Source of the DNA: an uncultured delta proteobacterium
Lineage (GTDB): Bacteria; Desulfobacterota; RBG-13-43-22
DNA length: 64,000 nt
Direction of reading: 5' to 3'
NCBI GenBank assembly: GCA_963743305.1
Contig: CAVUPH010000027.1
Span: 1-64,000 of the forward strand
Below are positions 38,509-48,519 of this stretch, one piece after another; position 1 is the stretch's first letter; each line of letters opens with the position of its first letter. The translations under genes were made by a program, and so were the position numbers. Below the pieces are notes generated by a model that saw only the letters and a program-made list of their open reading frames with translations, was not told the DNA's origin and did not search any database.

Positions 38509-39135
38509 CTAGTTCAGGGAATCGATCATGAATTGGGCGGCGAGTCTCGCGCCGATACCCGGCGGCAGACCGCACTTTTCGAACCCCTTCTCCTTGGAAA
38601 AGGTCATCATGGCCTCTTCGCTCTCCCCCGGATTAAGCCTGTGCCCGAGGATGACCGTTTCCATAATGTCTGAGCAATACAGATGCCCTATTTCACCCTC
38701 GAAGCGAGCCATGAATTTCTGAGCCATCAGGATCGTGTTATTCAGGGCGCCATAATCCAACCGGTCATTGCTTCCGAAGAAGAGCCCGAAAGCCATCAGG
38801 CTGCCCGTGATCCCCCCGCATATTTCACCGGTGCCGCCAATCCCGGGGAAAGGGGTGAGGGCCTGGATGATTTCCATGGAACCCAGTCCAAATTCCTCGA
38901 GCAACGCCAGGGCCGTACCCTGAGCGCAGTTTTTAAGGATAAAGTTATATTCCTCCGCCCGCAACTGGACGCGGTCCAGGATCTCTTCCTTTCTCGCCAG
39001 CATCTCCGCCGGGTCGAGCTTCCGGGAGGAAATCCCTTCAGCCGACAGTTCTCTGACCCGCGCCTCAATAGCCGCGGCCTCCCAGACCCTCCCGGCCAGT
39101 TCGTCGACCTTCTTCTTTAGCCGCTCTTCATTCAC
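38509..39135 (-). CDS. C-GCAxxG-C-C family putative redox protein
   Basis: NCAQG...GEICGG...LYC...EKC pattern. Confidence 0.8.
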   Translation of the reverse strand: MNEERLKKKVDELAGRVWEAAAIEARVRELSAEGISSRKLDPAEMLARKEEILDRVQLRAEEYNFILKNCAQGTALALLEEFGLGSMEIIQALTPFPGIGGTGEICGGITGSLMAFGLFFGSNDRLDYGALNNTILMAQKFMARFEGEIGHLYCSDIMETVILGHRLNPGESEEAMMTFSKEKGFEKCGLPPGIGARLAAQFMIDSLN

Positions 39136-39241
39136 CGTTCAAATCCCCCTTTCCGCCCTTCGATTCTTGTTTCACCCACCTCGGTCTTTGACCGCATTTC
39201 AATCCGAGGCTCGAAGGGGCTTGTTGTCCTTCCCCTCGGTA

Positions 39242-39946
39242 TCACAACCCCAGATAGGCCTTGCGTATGTGATCATTATTCATAAGATCGACGGCCTTTC
39301 CCTCCAGGGTGAGCCGGCCATTCTCCAACACGCAAGCGCGATCGGCCAACTCCAAGGCCTGCTTGACGTTCTGCTCCACCAGCAGGACGGTGATCCCTTG
39401 CTGGGGCAAGGATTTGATGATTCGGAATATCTCGGCCACCAATATCGGTGCCAGACCGTAAGACGGCTCGTCGAACATGCAGAGCTTGGGCTTGGACATC
39501 AAACCCCGGCCGATGGCCACCATTTGCTTTTCACCGCCGCTCAGGGTCCGGGCTATCTGACCACTCCGTTCCTTAAGCCTGGGGAATATCTCGTAGACCT
39601 CTTGGAGCGTCTCTTTCTTCCGGTCCCAGGCCCGGGACAGGTAGGCGCCCATTTCAAGGTTTTCGCGGACGGTCATATCCGGAAAAAGTCTTCCTTCCTG
39701 AGGGACCTGGGAAATGCCCTGTCCTACGATCATCTGGGGCGGCTGCCCTTCTAATCGCCGGCCCAGGAATTCAACGCTTCCCGCTGCTCCGGGAACGACC
39801 CCGGATAGGGTGTTCAGGAGCGTCGTCTTGCCGGCCGCATTGGCCCCAACAAGGGCCACGATCTCCCCTTGGTGGACCTCGAAGCTGACCTCCCACAAGG
39901 CCTGAATCTTTCCGTAAAAAGTGCTCAGATTTCTGACTGAAAGCAT
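39242..39946 (-). CDS. HAAT ABC transporter ATP-binding protein (LivF-like)
   Basis: GANAAGKTT, LSGGEKQ, LLVEQN. Confidence 0.92.
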   Translation of the reverse strand: MLSVRNLSTFYGKIQALWEVSFEVHQGEIVALVGANAAGKTTLLNTLSGVVPGAAGSVEFLGRRLEGQPPQMIVGQGISQVPQEGRLFPDMTVRENLEMGAYLSRAWDRKKETLQEVYEIFPRLKERSGQIARTLSGGEKQMVAIGRGLMSKPKLCMFDEPSYGLAPILVAEIFRIIKSLPQQGITVLLVEQNVKQALELADRACVLENGRLTLEGKAVDLMNNDHIRKAYLGL

Positions 39947-39950
39947 CGTT

Positions 39951-40670
39951 TCATTTTCCCAGATAGACTTCAATGACGGTCTCGTTGTTGACTATCTCCG
40001 CCGGTGTTCCCTCGGCGACCTTTACTCCATAGTGCAACATGATGATCCGGTCACAAATGCTCATGATGGCCTTCATCACATGTTCGATCATCATAATGGT
40101 AATTCCAATGTCTCGAATCCTGGTGATCAAGGCCATCGCCTCGGACGTCTCCGTCGGATTCAAACCGGCGATCACTTCATCCAACAGCAACAGTTCCGGT
40201 TTAGTCGCCAAGGCCCTGGCCACCTCGAGTCTCTTCTGCTGAGCCATGGTTAGATCCTTCGCCAGGATCGTCCAGGGAACGGACAACCCGGTGAACTCCA
40301 AAAGTTCCAGCGCCTCTTTGGTCGCCTGGGCCGAGGACATGCCGCCGGGAGCGCCAAAGTGCGCGGCCAGGGTAACGTTTTCAAGAACGGACAGGTTGGG
40401 GAAGACCCTCACCGCCTGAAAAGTCCTGGCCACTCCGGACCGGCAGACCTGGTAGGATTGAAGACCGCTGATCTTGGCCCCCTTGAATCGGATCTCTCCG
40501 GAATCCACCCGGATGGCTGCCGAGATGAGATTGAACAGCGTAGTCTTGCCGGCCCCATTGGGGCCGATGAGCCCTACGATTTCACCCCGGTCGACGTGAA
40601 AGTCGACATTGGTAATCGCGGCTAACCCGCCAAAATGCTTATTGACTCCTAAACCCTCAAGAATTTGCAT
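39951..40670 (-). CDS. HAAT ABC transporter ATP-binding protein (LivG-like)
   Basis: GPNGAGKTT, ARTFQ, LLDE, IEH. Confidence 0.92.
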   Translation of the reverse strand: MQILEGLGVNKHFGGLAAITNVDFHVDRGEIVGLIGPNGAGKTTLFNLISAAIRVDSGEIRFKGAKISGLQSYQVCRSGVARTFQAVRVFPNLSVLENVTLAAHFGAPGGMSSAQATKEALELLEFTGLSVPWTILAKDLTMAQQKRLEVARALATKPELLLLDEVIAGLNPTETSEAMALITRIRDIGITIMMIEHVMKAIMSICDRIIMLHYGVKVAEGTPAEIVNNETVIEVYLGK

Positions 40671-41608
40671 GTCGCCTGGCTGCGCCTCCCTTCGTCCACT
40701 TCTGTAACCATCCTACCAACCCGCCGGGAAGATACAATATAGCGATGACCAGGATGGAACCGAATATGAGCATATAATGGTAGGGGAACTGAGTGATCAG
40801 TAATTCCTCCAAATAAGCAAAGACGGTCGCACCCAGTATGGGACCGTAGAACGTTCCCATGCCGCCGAAAATGGCCATCAACACCGGCATGAACGAAAAG
40901 AGAGGATTGAAGGCGATGTAGGGGTCGATGTAGGTCCACTTGGTTGCCATGATGGCGCCGGTGGCGCCCATAAAGAAGGCGCTGACCCCGAACATAATGG
41001 TCTTGAGAGCGGTGACGTTAACGCCGGCATGGGCCGCGGCCTCGTCGTCTTCCCCAATGCTCTTTAAGGCCAACCCGTACTTCGATTCTCGAATAAGGTA
41101 AGCGGTGAGAAGCAATACCGCGAGGATAGCCAGCATGACATAGAAGATGGTCGCATTATTGATGACGATCACGAATCGGCCCCGGGTGTGCGTCAGTCTG
41201 ACTTCGTACCAGAGGATAAGCTGCTGGATAAGCACGACGAGGCCGAAGGTAAATATGGAGAAATAGATGCCTTTCAAGCGCAGCGTCAGGGCGCCGACCA
41301 CCAGAGCGAGGCCAAGACTGGTGAGAGCGCCGGCCCCGATAACCAGGGGCAGAGGGAGTACCTTACCCAGTACGGCCGAGGTGTAGATGCCAATGCCCAG
41401 AAAGGCGGCCGGCGCGAGAGAGATGTTGCCCGTGGGTCCGGAAAACATGACCCAACTGACCGTCAAAATGATGTACATGACGACGGACGTCATGAGAATC
41501 ATCGTGTATTCGTCCCCATAAAGGGGTAGAACGGGCGAGTAGCATGAAGATCAGGATGGCCAATCCCCATGAAAACAGCCTTTTTGCAGGAAGCGCAGTC
41601 GGATTCAT
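40657..41608 (-). CDS. HAAT ABC permease (LivM-like), frameshift near 41520
   Basis: LRLKGIYF, FGGMGT; N-terminus MNPTALPAKR... is in another frame from ATG 41608. Confidence 0.8.
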
Positions 41609-41613
41609 TTTCT

Positions 41614-42488
41614 CTATTTCCCCATAAGGCCGGTGGGTTTTATCCAGAGCAGGAGCATAAAGAGCAGATAATAGGCGGCCAGCGACAGTCCCGGCTCTAT
41701 TTTGGTGACAATGCTGCCGATCAGACCCAGTATGAAACCGCCGATAAAACTGCCGGGGATGTTGCCCAGCCACCCCCAGGACGACCACGATGATGGTGAT
41801 GATCGTGTATTCGAGGCCCATCGTCGTATGAACCGGGTAAGACATGCTGACGAGCAGGCCGGCGAGGCCGGCCATCAGTGTACCGAAGCCGAAGCATAGG
41901 GCCAGCACTTGGTTGATGTTAACCCCCATGAGCGCGGCAGATCTCGGATCCTGGGCCGCTGCCCGGATGGCCTTTCCGAGACCGGGTGCGTACCAGGAAA
42001 AGGTAAAAGACGATACCGATGACCACGGCAAAGGCCAGGGTGACCAGACGGTTAGCGGCGAAGAGGGCGCCCGAAGACGCTGACCGGATAGGTCATGAAG
42101 GTGTAGGCCCTGGTCTCGGTGCCCCAGAGGATGGAGGCCACGATTCTGAATGATGAAAAGAATACCGAAAGAGGCCAGCATCGAGTTGCCCTCAAAGACG
42201 CCAAAGAAGGCGACGTAGTTCGCAGCCGTTTGAAGACGATTCTGTGGAGCCCATAACCCAGACCGAAGGCGACGGGACCACAGATCGGCCATGCAGATCA
42301 GAGGATTCAGCCCGAAGGCCTGGTTCAGGGACCAGGTGGATAGAGCCCCGAGCATCATGAATTCGCCGTGGGCAACGTTCAAGACCCGGGCCACACCGTA
42401 CTGAAGGCTCAGTCCTACGGAGATCAGGGCGTAGATGCCGCCCAACAAGCAAGCCGGCAACCACTACGTCAAGAATTTGCACAATCAT
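41614..42488 (-). CDS. HAAT ABC permease (LivH-like), multiple frameshifts
   Basis: GGIYALISVGLSL, LNVAHGE, GKAIRAAAQD and KPTGLMGK* are spread over several frames. Confidence 0.75.
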
Positions 42489-42566
42489 GAGGATAGCTTC
42501 CTAATGGTCGGTTAATTATGATACAGGCTGCCCGGAGGCGGCCCGCCGGACAGCCTGCTCACCCTT

Positions 42567-43809
42567 CTACTTCTTTGCCGGTGCCGGTGCAGGCCAATTC
42601 GGCTTGGGATAGATGAACGGCGCCGTAGATTTGTTTTTAGGACCGACTACCTCAAATTCTCCTTTCTGCCACTGGCCGATCTCCCCGGTGTGGGACTCCT
42701 TGTCCAGAAACCCCTTCACAAAGCGGGTCGGCCCGAGCACCGTGTTGAAGGTCTCCTTGGCCAAGACGTCCCGGACCTTCTTGTTGTCGAGGGTCCCGGC
42801 CTTCTCGATGGCCTGTTTCCAGAACTCCAGGGCCGCCCAATAGAGCGGGTGCCCCCAATAGTCGTGGATCGCTTCAGGCTTGCCTTTGTAGAGCTTCTCG
42901 AACAGGGCCTTCATGGCGGGAGATGTTTTCTTGCTCGCCATGTCAAAACCCAGTACCCCCTCTGTCGCCGGACCGAATATGGCGTGGTAAAAGCCGAAAT
43001 TGACTCCGGGGCCGCCCAGAAAGGCCTTCGGGTTGTAGCCGAGTTCCATGCATTGCTTGGTAGCCAGAATGACCACGTCCGGATAACCCAGGACCAACAG
43101 GGCGTCGGCCTTGGACGCCTGGGCCTCCTTCAGGATGGAAGACAGGTCCTTGATGTCGGGGGGTACGCTCTTCATCCCGACGATATTGATCCCCCTCTTG
43201 GGCAGTTCTATGCTCGACACGCCGGAATACTCGATGCCGAAGAGGTCGGCCATGGAGATGAGGTAGGCCGTTTTGGCGCCCTTTTCGGCGAGCAGGTCGG
43301 CCAGGACCGGTATCTGGTTCCAGTCGGAGAAACTCAGGGAGATGAAGGTATAGGGCAGGCTGGGCATCATATCCCGAATGCTGGTGGCGCCGCCTTCCAT
43401 CGATATAAGCAGCTTATTGTACTTATTGGCTATGGGAGCTTGGGCAAAGAGAAAAGGCGGTGCCGCAGGCGGGCCACAGGAAGTCGACCTTGTCCTGGAG
43501 GATCAATTTCTCCGTAAGTCTGGTCATGGTGCCCACGTCACTCTTATCGTCGTATATTTTCAGTTCTATGGGCAGTTTCTTGTTGTACTCTTTGACGAAG
43601 ATTCCACCCTGGGCATTGACTTCCTTAACCCAGGTCTCATAGACCGGTCTGAAAGCCGAGTCTCCGATCTGGGCCATCCATCCGGAAAGCGGTCTGGACA
43701 TGCCGACCACGATCTTGTCTTTTGTTTTCGCTGCTGAAAAGGCGGTAAGGGGCAATACGACAAATGAAATCAGCACCGCTAAGCAAACCACATACTTTAG
43801 ATTTTTCAT
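42567..43809 (-). CDS. HAAT ABC substrate-binding protein, frameshift near 43450
   Basis: Signal peptide at 43809, YDDKSD...KVDFL; continues in ORF 42567..43400; paralog of 52331..53554. Confidence 0.82.
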
Positions 43810-43990
43810 CTTCCCTCCCTCGATTGCTTCTTTTGAAAGATTTTCCCATGATTCCTGGTCCAAAGGCAAGACGCCTCCTCCCCATAACTACCTATCCTTG
43901 AGAATGCCGGTACACCCCCCCTTCCGTTAAATTGGTTTATATTCCTTGGTCTAAGGATGCTCCCCGCCAACATCCCGGGATAAAATGGTG

Positions 43991-44120
43991 TTCGCCCTTT
44001 TGGGTGGGTACCCCCCAGATCTGGTAAGGTGGAAAACCTTTCGCCGAGACCCAGTGGCCACGGAGGCCTAAATTCTGTCTAAGCTACCACATATTGTGGC
44101 CACCCACCCAAAAGGGCGAA
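43991..44120. mobile_element. 130-bp element with perfect 19-bp terminal inverted repeats (MITE/REPIN-like)
   Basis: TTCGCCCTTTTGGGTGGGT (43991-44009) ... ACCCACCCAAAAGGGCGAA (44102-44120). Confidence 0.75.
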
Positions 44121-44144
44121 GCGTCGATAAAATAAAGGTATTTT

Positions 44145-44160
44145 AGCAAAATCAATGCCA
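44145..44160 (-). promoter_or_regulatory. sigma54 -24/-12 promoter
   Basis: Minus strand TGGCATTGATTTTGCT; just downstream of a sigma54 activator gene and upstream of the ABC operon. Confidence 0.75.
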
Positions 44161-44295
44161 AAAAATACTCCCCCTTCTCCGAAAATATTGGTTTGATTTT
44201 ATAGAGAAAATGAATACGAAGGCTGATAGCGATAAAAAGGGGTCTGTTATGGTTTGCTAAATCGAGATTTTTTCTCATTTTGGCAAACCGAAGCA

Positions 44296-46269
44296 TCAAA
44301 GGCGAGTATCGGGCTTGAAAATTTGTTCGCGGTAAAAACCAAATTCCTTCATTTTTCTGTAAAAAGTGCTTAAGGGCACACCCAATGAATCGGCGGCTTC
44401 CTTGACGTTACCAAATCGCTTCAGGGCTCCGACAAATGAGTCTTTAGTGACCTCCTCCATGGTTTGTCCCTGACCGGCCACCCGCTTCGGATCGAAGGAT
44501 ATAACATCCGCGACATCCTCTAAAGCAATAGTCTCTCCCTGGCTGAAAATGAAACCACTCTCCAAGCAGTTTCTGAGTTCCCGGACATTTCCGGGCCAAG
44601 GATATTTAGAAAAGGCCTTTAGGGCTTCCGGTTCCAAGCCCCGTATCGAGCGATTGAATTTCCGGTTCATCTCGTCAATGAAGTAATCGACCAGGAGCGG
44701 AATATCCTCCTTTCGCTCCCTCAGGGGAGGGAGGCGAAGTTTCACGACGTTTAATCTAAAAAAAAGGGAGGGGACAAAACGCCCTTTCTCCATCTCTTCC
44801 CCCAGGTTCGCCGCACTGGCCACGATGATACGGATATTCAAAGGGAAGGGATCCTTCCCTCCGATTCTGGAAACACAGCGATCCTCAATGACCCGCAATA
44901 TCTTTCCTTGGGCCGCAACGCTCATCAGGTGAATTTCATCCAAAAAGAAGGTGCCGCCGTTGGCCAATTCGAACTTGCCGGCATTCCCCTCCCGGAGGGC
45001 ACCGGTGTAGGCCCCCTTTTCGTACCCGAATAGCTCACTTTCGATCAGTTCCCGAGGAATAGCGGCACAATTGAGGGCGATGAACGGCCCCTGTCGGTAG
45101 AGGCTTTCGCTATGAATTCCTTGAGCAAAGAGTTCTTTTCCGGTCCCGGTCTCTCCCTCGATCAGGATTGTGGATCCTGTTTTCGCCGCCATTTTGGCCC
45201 GCTCCACCACCTGCACCATTTTGGGACTGGTGCCGACGATATTGCGGAAAGTATATTGCGCCTTCGCGGAGGCTCGTTCCGGGATTGTTTTAAGCCGCTT
45301 CTCCTTCTCTAATCTGAGCACAAAGGCAATTTCTTTCCCGGATTGATTGAAAATCGGTATCGATTCCGCGGAAAAGGACCCGGATTTTTTATCTCCCAAG
45401 GAAACTTTACACCCGGATCCCCCGAAAAGACGCTCGATCCGGCCCTGATCACCCAAGATGGTTCTGACATTCTTATTTTTCAGGTCTTGGATATTGACCC
45501 TAAAGAAGTCCTTGGCCTTTTGATTTAGATCGATGACGGCCCCCCCGGCATCGGTCAACACCAACATACTATTGGAATAATCAAAAGTGGAATGGTAGTA
45601 GGAATGAAAAAGTTCAAGCTGGTCTAACTTCCTTTTTAAGGTAAGTTCAAACTGAATAGAATTGGCGATGTTGAACATAAGGGGGATAAGCTGCTTTAAT
45701 TTTTCGGAGTCTTCCAAGGCCACGGTGAAATCCAAGACGCCCAGGAGATTCTTTTCCCCGTCCATGATGGGACTGGCAATACAACTGGCCCAATGAATGG
45801 CCTGGATAAAATGTTCTTCGGCATTGACGGCGGCAAACCGGTTCTCTTCCAGACAGATGCCCGGTGCGGTGGTGCCTAGAATACCTTCTTTGATGGAGCT
45901 ACCGATTAGGGTTGTTTGGGAACTTTCTTCCATCTGTTTAATTATCTGGTCATCGCCTTGCAAGAACTGGATGGTTCCGTCCCGATCGGCGAAAAACAGG
46001 CAAACGGGTAAGAAAGAAAAATATTTCTCGATGTTTTTATAATGGGCCTGGAGGATTTCATAAAGGTCACAGGGAGAATCGGATCGTTTCCGAATCGCGC
46101 CCTGATCTATCCGCATCAACCTGGTTTCTTTTCGAGGATTGACATTGGCCTTTCGACACCGCTCCCAAGATTGTCTTATGTTTACAGGAATTTCATTAAT
46201 ATCCCCCGCCCCGGAGACAAATTTATTCCAGACATCGTAAAAGTCGGTTCTGCGCGTCAGTTTTTTCAT
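44296..46269 (-). CDS. GAF-PAS sigma54-dependent activator (AcoR-like)
   Basis: SWERC GAF, PAS, GETGTGKE, GAYTGA, WPGNVREL, C-terminal HTH. Confidence 0.93.
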   Translation of the reverse strand: MKKLTRRTDFYDVWNKFVSGAGDINEIPVNIRQSWERCRKANVNPRKETRLMRIDQGAIRKRSDSPCDLYEILQAHYKNIEKYFSFLPVCLFFADRDGTIQFLQGDDQIIKQMEESSQTTLIGSSIKEGILGTTAPGICLEENRFAAVNAEEHFIQAIHWASCIASPIMDGEKNLLGVLDFTVALEDSEKLKQLIPLMFNIANSIQFELTLKRKLDQLELFHSYYHSTFDYSNSMLVLTDAGGAVIDLNQKAKDFFRVNIQDLKNKNVRTILGDQGRIERLFGGSGCKVSLGDKKSGSFSAESIPIFNQSGKEIAFVLRLEKEKRLKTIPERASAKAQYTFRNIVGTSPKMVQVVERAKMAAKTGSTILIEGETGTGKELFAQGIHSESLYRQGPFIALNCAAIPRELIESELFGYEKGAYTGALREGNAGKFELANGGTFFLDEIHLMSVAAQGKILRVIEDRCVSRIGGKDPFPLNIRIIVASAANLGEEMEKGRFVPSLFFRLNVVKLRLPPLRERKEDIPLLVDYFIDEMNRKFNRSIRGLEPEALKAFSKYPWPGNVRELRNCLESGFIFSQGETIALEDVADVISFDPKRVAGQGQTMEEVTKDSFVGALKRFGNVKEAADSLGVPLSTFYRKMKEFGFYREQIFKPDTRL

Positions 46270-46391
46270 GCCAATCCTCTAATCATCGGTTCTACAATTT
46301 TCCAGGTCTTTCGGGCAGAGAAGGAACTACCGTGAGCAGAGGACAATCCCGGGGTAGCGTCTGGCCTTCGGAATTTTGGTCCTTTTCCCCT

Positions 46392-46514
46392 TTAATAAAC
46401 ACCACAAATTCCGTCGATGGCCAATTCTTCGATTTTGATCTCTTCGATAGCAAAAATTTCCTCGTTGATTTCCTTATTGGTTTCCTCGTTGATTTCTTTT
46501 TCTGGTTGGATCAT
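46392..46514 (-). CDS. mftA: Mycofactocin precursor peptide (40 aa), not in ORF track
   Basis: MIQPEKEINEETNKEINEEIFAIEEIKIEELAIDGICGVY*; RBS AGGAGGT at 46524-46530. Confidence 0.95.
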   Translation of the reverse strand: MIQPEKEINEETNKEINEEIFAIEEIKIEELAIDGICGVY

Positions 46515-46621
46515 CTTTAGAAAACCTCCTGGTGTCTGAGTATTTAGAAATAGCAGAAATGGTCCGGTAGTCGGTCCGGCCCTGTTGGATAAAGTTCCAA
46601 TCCTTGTGGGCTAGGTAGTTA

Positions 46622-46945
46622 TCACTTTAAAGATTCCATGGATATACAGGAATGGGCAAAGGAAGCGCCGGCATTCATGGCCACGGCCACGAAAATAACT
46701 TCGGAGATCTCTTCATCCGTGGCCCCGGCCTGTTTGGCCTTTTGAACGTGGTTGTCAATGCAATAGGGGCAGCGGGTGATGTGGGCGCAGGCGACAGCGA
46801 TCAGTTCCTTCACTTTAAGGGACAGTTTCCCTTCTTCAAAAACTTTCTGATTGAAGGCGACAAATGAAGTAAAAAGATCTTTGTTGAGTTCCAATAATTT
46901 TTGGAAATTTTTGGGCCCGTCTTTAGGGTAAAAGAAATCGCTCAT
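46622..46945 (-). CDS. AhpD/CMD-family protein
   Basis: KVKELIAVACAHITRCPYCIDNH, GATDEEI. Confidence 0.88.
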   Translation of the reverse strand: MSDFFYPKDGPKNFQKLLELNKDLFTSFVAFNQKVFEEGKLSLKVKELIAVACAHITRCPYCIDNHVQKAKQAGATDEEISEVIFVAVAMNAGASFAHSCISMESLK

Positions 46946-47052
46946 GGCATCCTTCCTTCATCAAAGTTTCTGTAGGCGCACCGGTTCAATCCAATGCATC
47001 TTCTAGTTTCCTGGGGGCAAATGAAGATTTACCCCCAGGCCGGGTTTTAGAT

Positions 47053-48165
47053 TCAATCAAACATGATTTGCCATCGGCCGATGATCTTCCTGTTGACCAT
47101 GGCCTCGGCGGCGACATTGATATCCTCCAGTTTAATTTTTTTGGTTGTTATTTGTTTGGTCTTCAATTCGCCTGTAACGGCCAGAGCTGCCAACTTGGGA
47201 AGGTCCACCGGGGGGTTGATTTCTCCGTACAAGGTACCGATAATTTTTTTCGCCTGTAACGGCATGAGCATTAAGTCCAGGTTGGTGGTTTTCCCGGCCG
47301 GGGTGATCCCGGGGACAATGACACTGCCTCCCTGGCGGATGGACCACCAGCATTGAATGATCGCCCCGGGGTCGCCGATGGCCTCCGCGCAATATTCCAC
47401 TCCCAGCCCATCGGTCAGTTCCTTTATTTTTTCCACAGGATCCACTTTCGAGGAATCGATAAAATGAGTGGCCCCGAATTCCATGGCCATCGCTTTTTTA
47501 CTTTCCTCCAGATCGACGGCGATGATTGGATAAGCCTTTCGCTGGGCGGCGCCCAAAATCGTATACAAGCCCACGGCGCCCATCCCGTAGACGGCAAAAC
47601 TGGTGCCGATGCCGGCGTTAGCGACATTCTGGGCCGTTCCAACTCCCGTAGGGACACAGCACCCCAGGTAACAGGCCTCTTCCAGGGAAAGGGCATCCGG
47701 GATCTTGTGAACGCCGGCCTCCGGCACCACCTGATGGGTGGCAAACCCGCCGACAAAAAAAGCTGTTCCCACTTCGTTGTTCTGTTTATCCTTTAATCGT
47801 TTGGTGTCATCCAATAGGTTTCCGCCCAGGAAAGGGCCAAAGTTTCCCTCGCAGATATTCCCCTGTCCCTTCAGGCATTGAAAGCAATGCCCACAGGGAA
47901 TCATCCAGGAACAGGCTACCCGATCTCCTGGTTTCAATTGGGTTACACCGGGACCGACTTTTTCGACCACACTGGCCGCTTCGTGGCCCAACACAATGGG
48001 AAGGGGCACAGGGATTTCCCCCAGTTGGACATGCAAATCGGAGTGGCAAAATCCGGTGGCCACATTCCGGATCAAAACCTCTCCCGCCTTGGGGTCCGCC
48101 AATTCCAGTTCCTCGATTGACCAAGGTACGTTAAATTCTCTTAACACCGCTGCTTTAATCTTCAT
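47053..48165 (-). CDS. Zn-dependent alcohol dehydrogenase (MDR), paralog C
   Basis: CHSDLH, GHE, CGHCFQC..C, GMGAVG. Confidence 0.92.
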   Translation of the reverse strand: MKIKAAVLREFNVPWSIEELELADPKAGEVLIRNVATGFCHSDLHVQLGEIPVPLPIVLGHEAASVVEKVGPGVTQLKPGDRVACSWMIPCGHCFQCLKGQGNICEGNFGPFLGGNLLDDTKRLKDKQNNEVGTAFFVGGFATHQVVPEAGVHKIPDALSLEEACYLGCCVPTGVGTAQNVANAGIGTSFAVYGMGAVGLYTILGAAQRKAYPIIAVDLEESKKAMAMEFGATHFIDSSKVDPVEKIKELTDGLGVEYCAEAIGDPGAIIQCWWSIRQGGSVIVPGITPAGKTTNLDLMLMPLQAKKIIGTLYGEINPPVDLPKLAALAVTGELKTKQITTKKIKLEDINVAAEAMVNRKIIGRWQIMFD

Positions 48166-48267
48166 AACGTTCCTCCATCCAGGGTTGTAACGGTTTGCTG
48201 ATCCCCAAACGCAAGACCCCAGCTCGACCTAAACATCACCTCCTTTCAAGAAGAAGAGTAGAAGAGA

Positions 48268-48507
48268 TTACCCCCCGTACATCGCTTGGAAAACCTGAAC
48301 CAACGACCCGTCTGTCAACTTCGCTTCCTTCGGTAAAAAGCGACCCTCCATCACTACCGTTCCACCCTGAGAAGAGGAGATTCCCAGTTGGGCCAACAAA
48401 TCACTGACATTGGCCCCATCGGGGATCTCCACTTCAAGGCCCTGCTGGGCGTGGTCGGCGACAGGCCCTATTTCTACTGTTCCATAGGTCTTTACCGTGA
48501 CTTTCAT
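48268..48507 (-). CDS. MoaD/ThiS-family sulfur carrier
   Basis: 79 aa ending in GG, directly after aor. Confidence 0.88.
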   Translation of the reverse strand: MKVTVKTYGTVEIGPVADHAQQGLEVEIPDGANVSDLLAQLGISSSQGGTVVMEGRFLPKEAKLTDGSLVQVFQAMYGG

Positions 48508-48519
48508 CGAAACGGCTTT

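Noticed and set aside
48160-48245. AGGAGGTG followed by a 24-codon ORF upstream of the ADH
   Set aside because: The ATG abuts the SD with no spacer and the peptide has no MftA-like or other motif.
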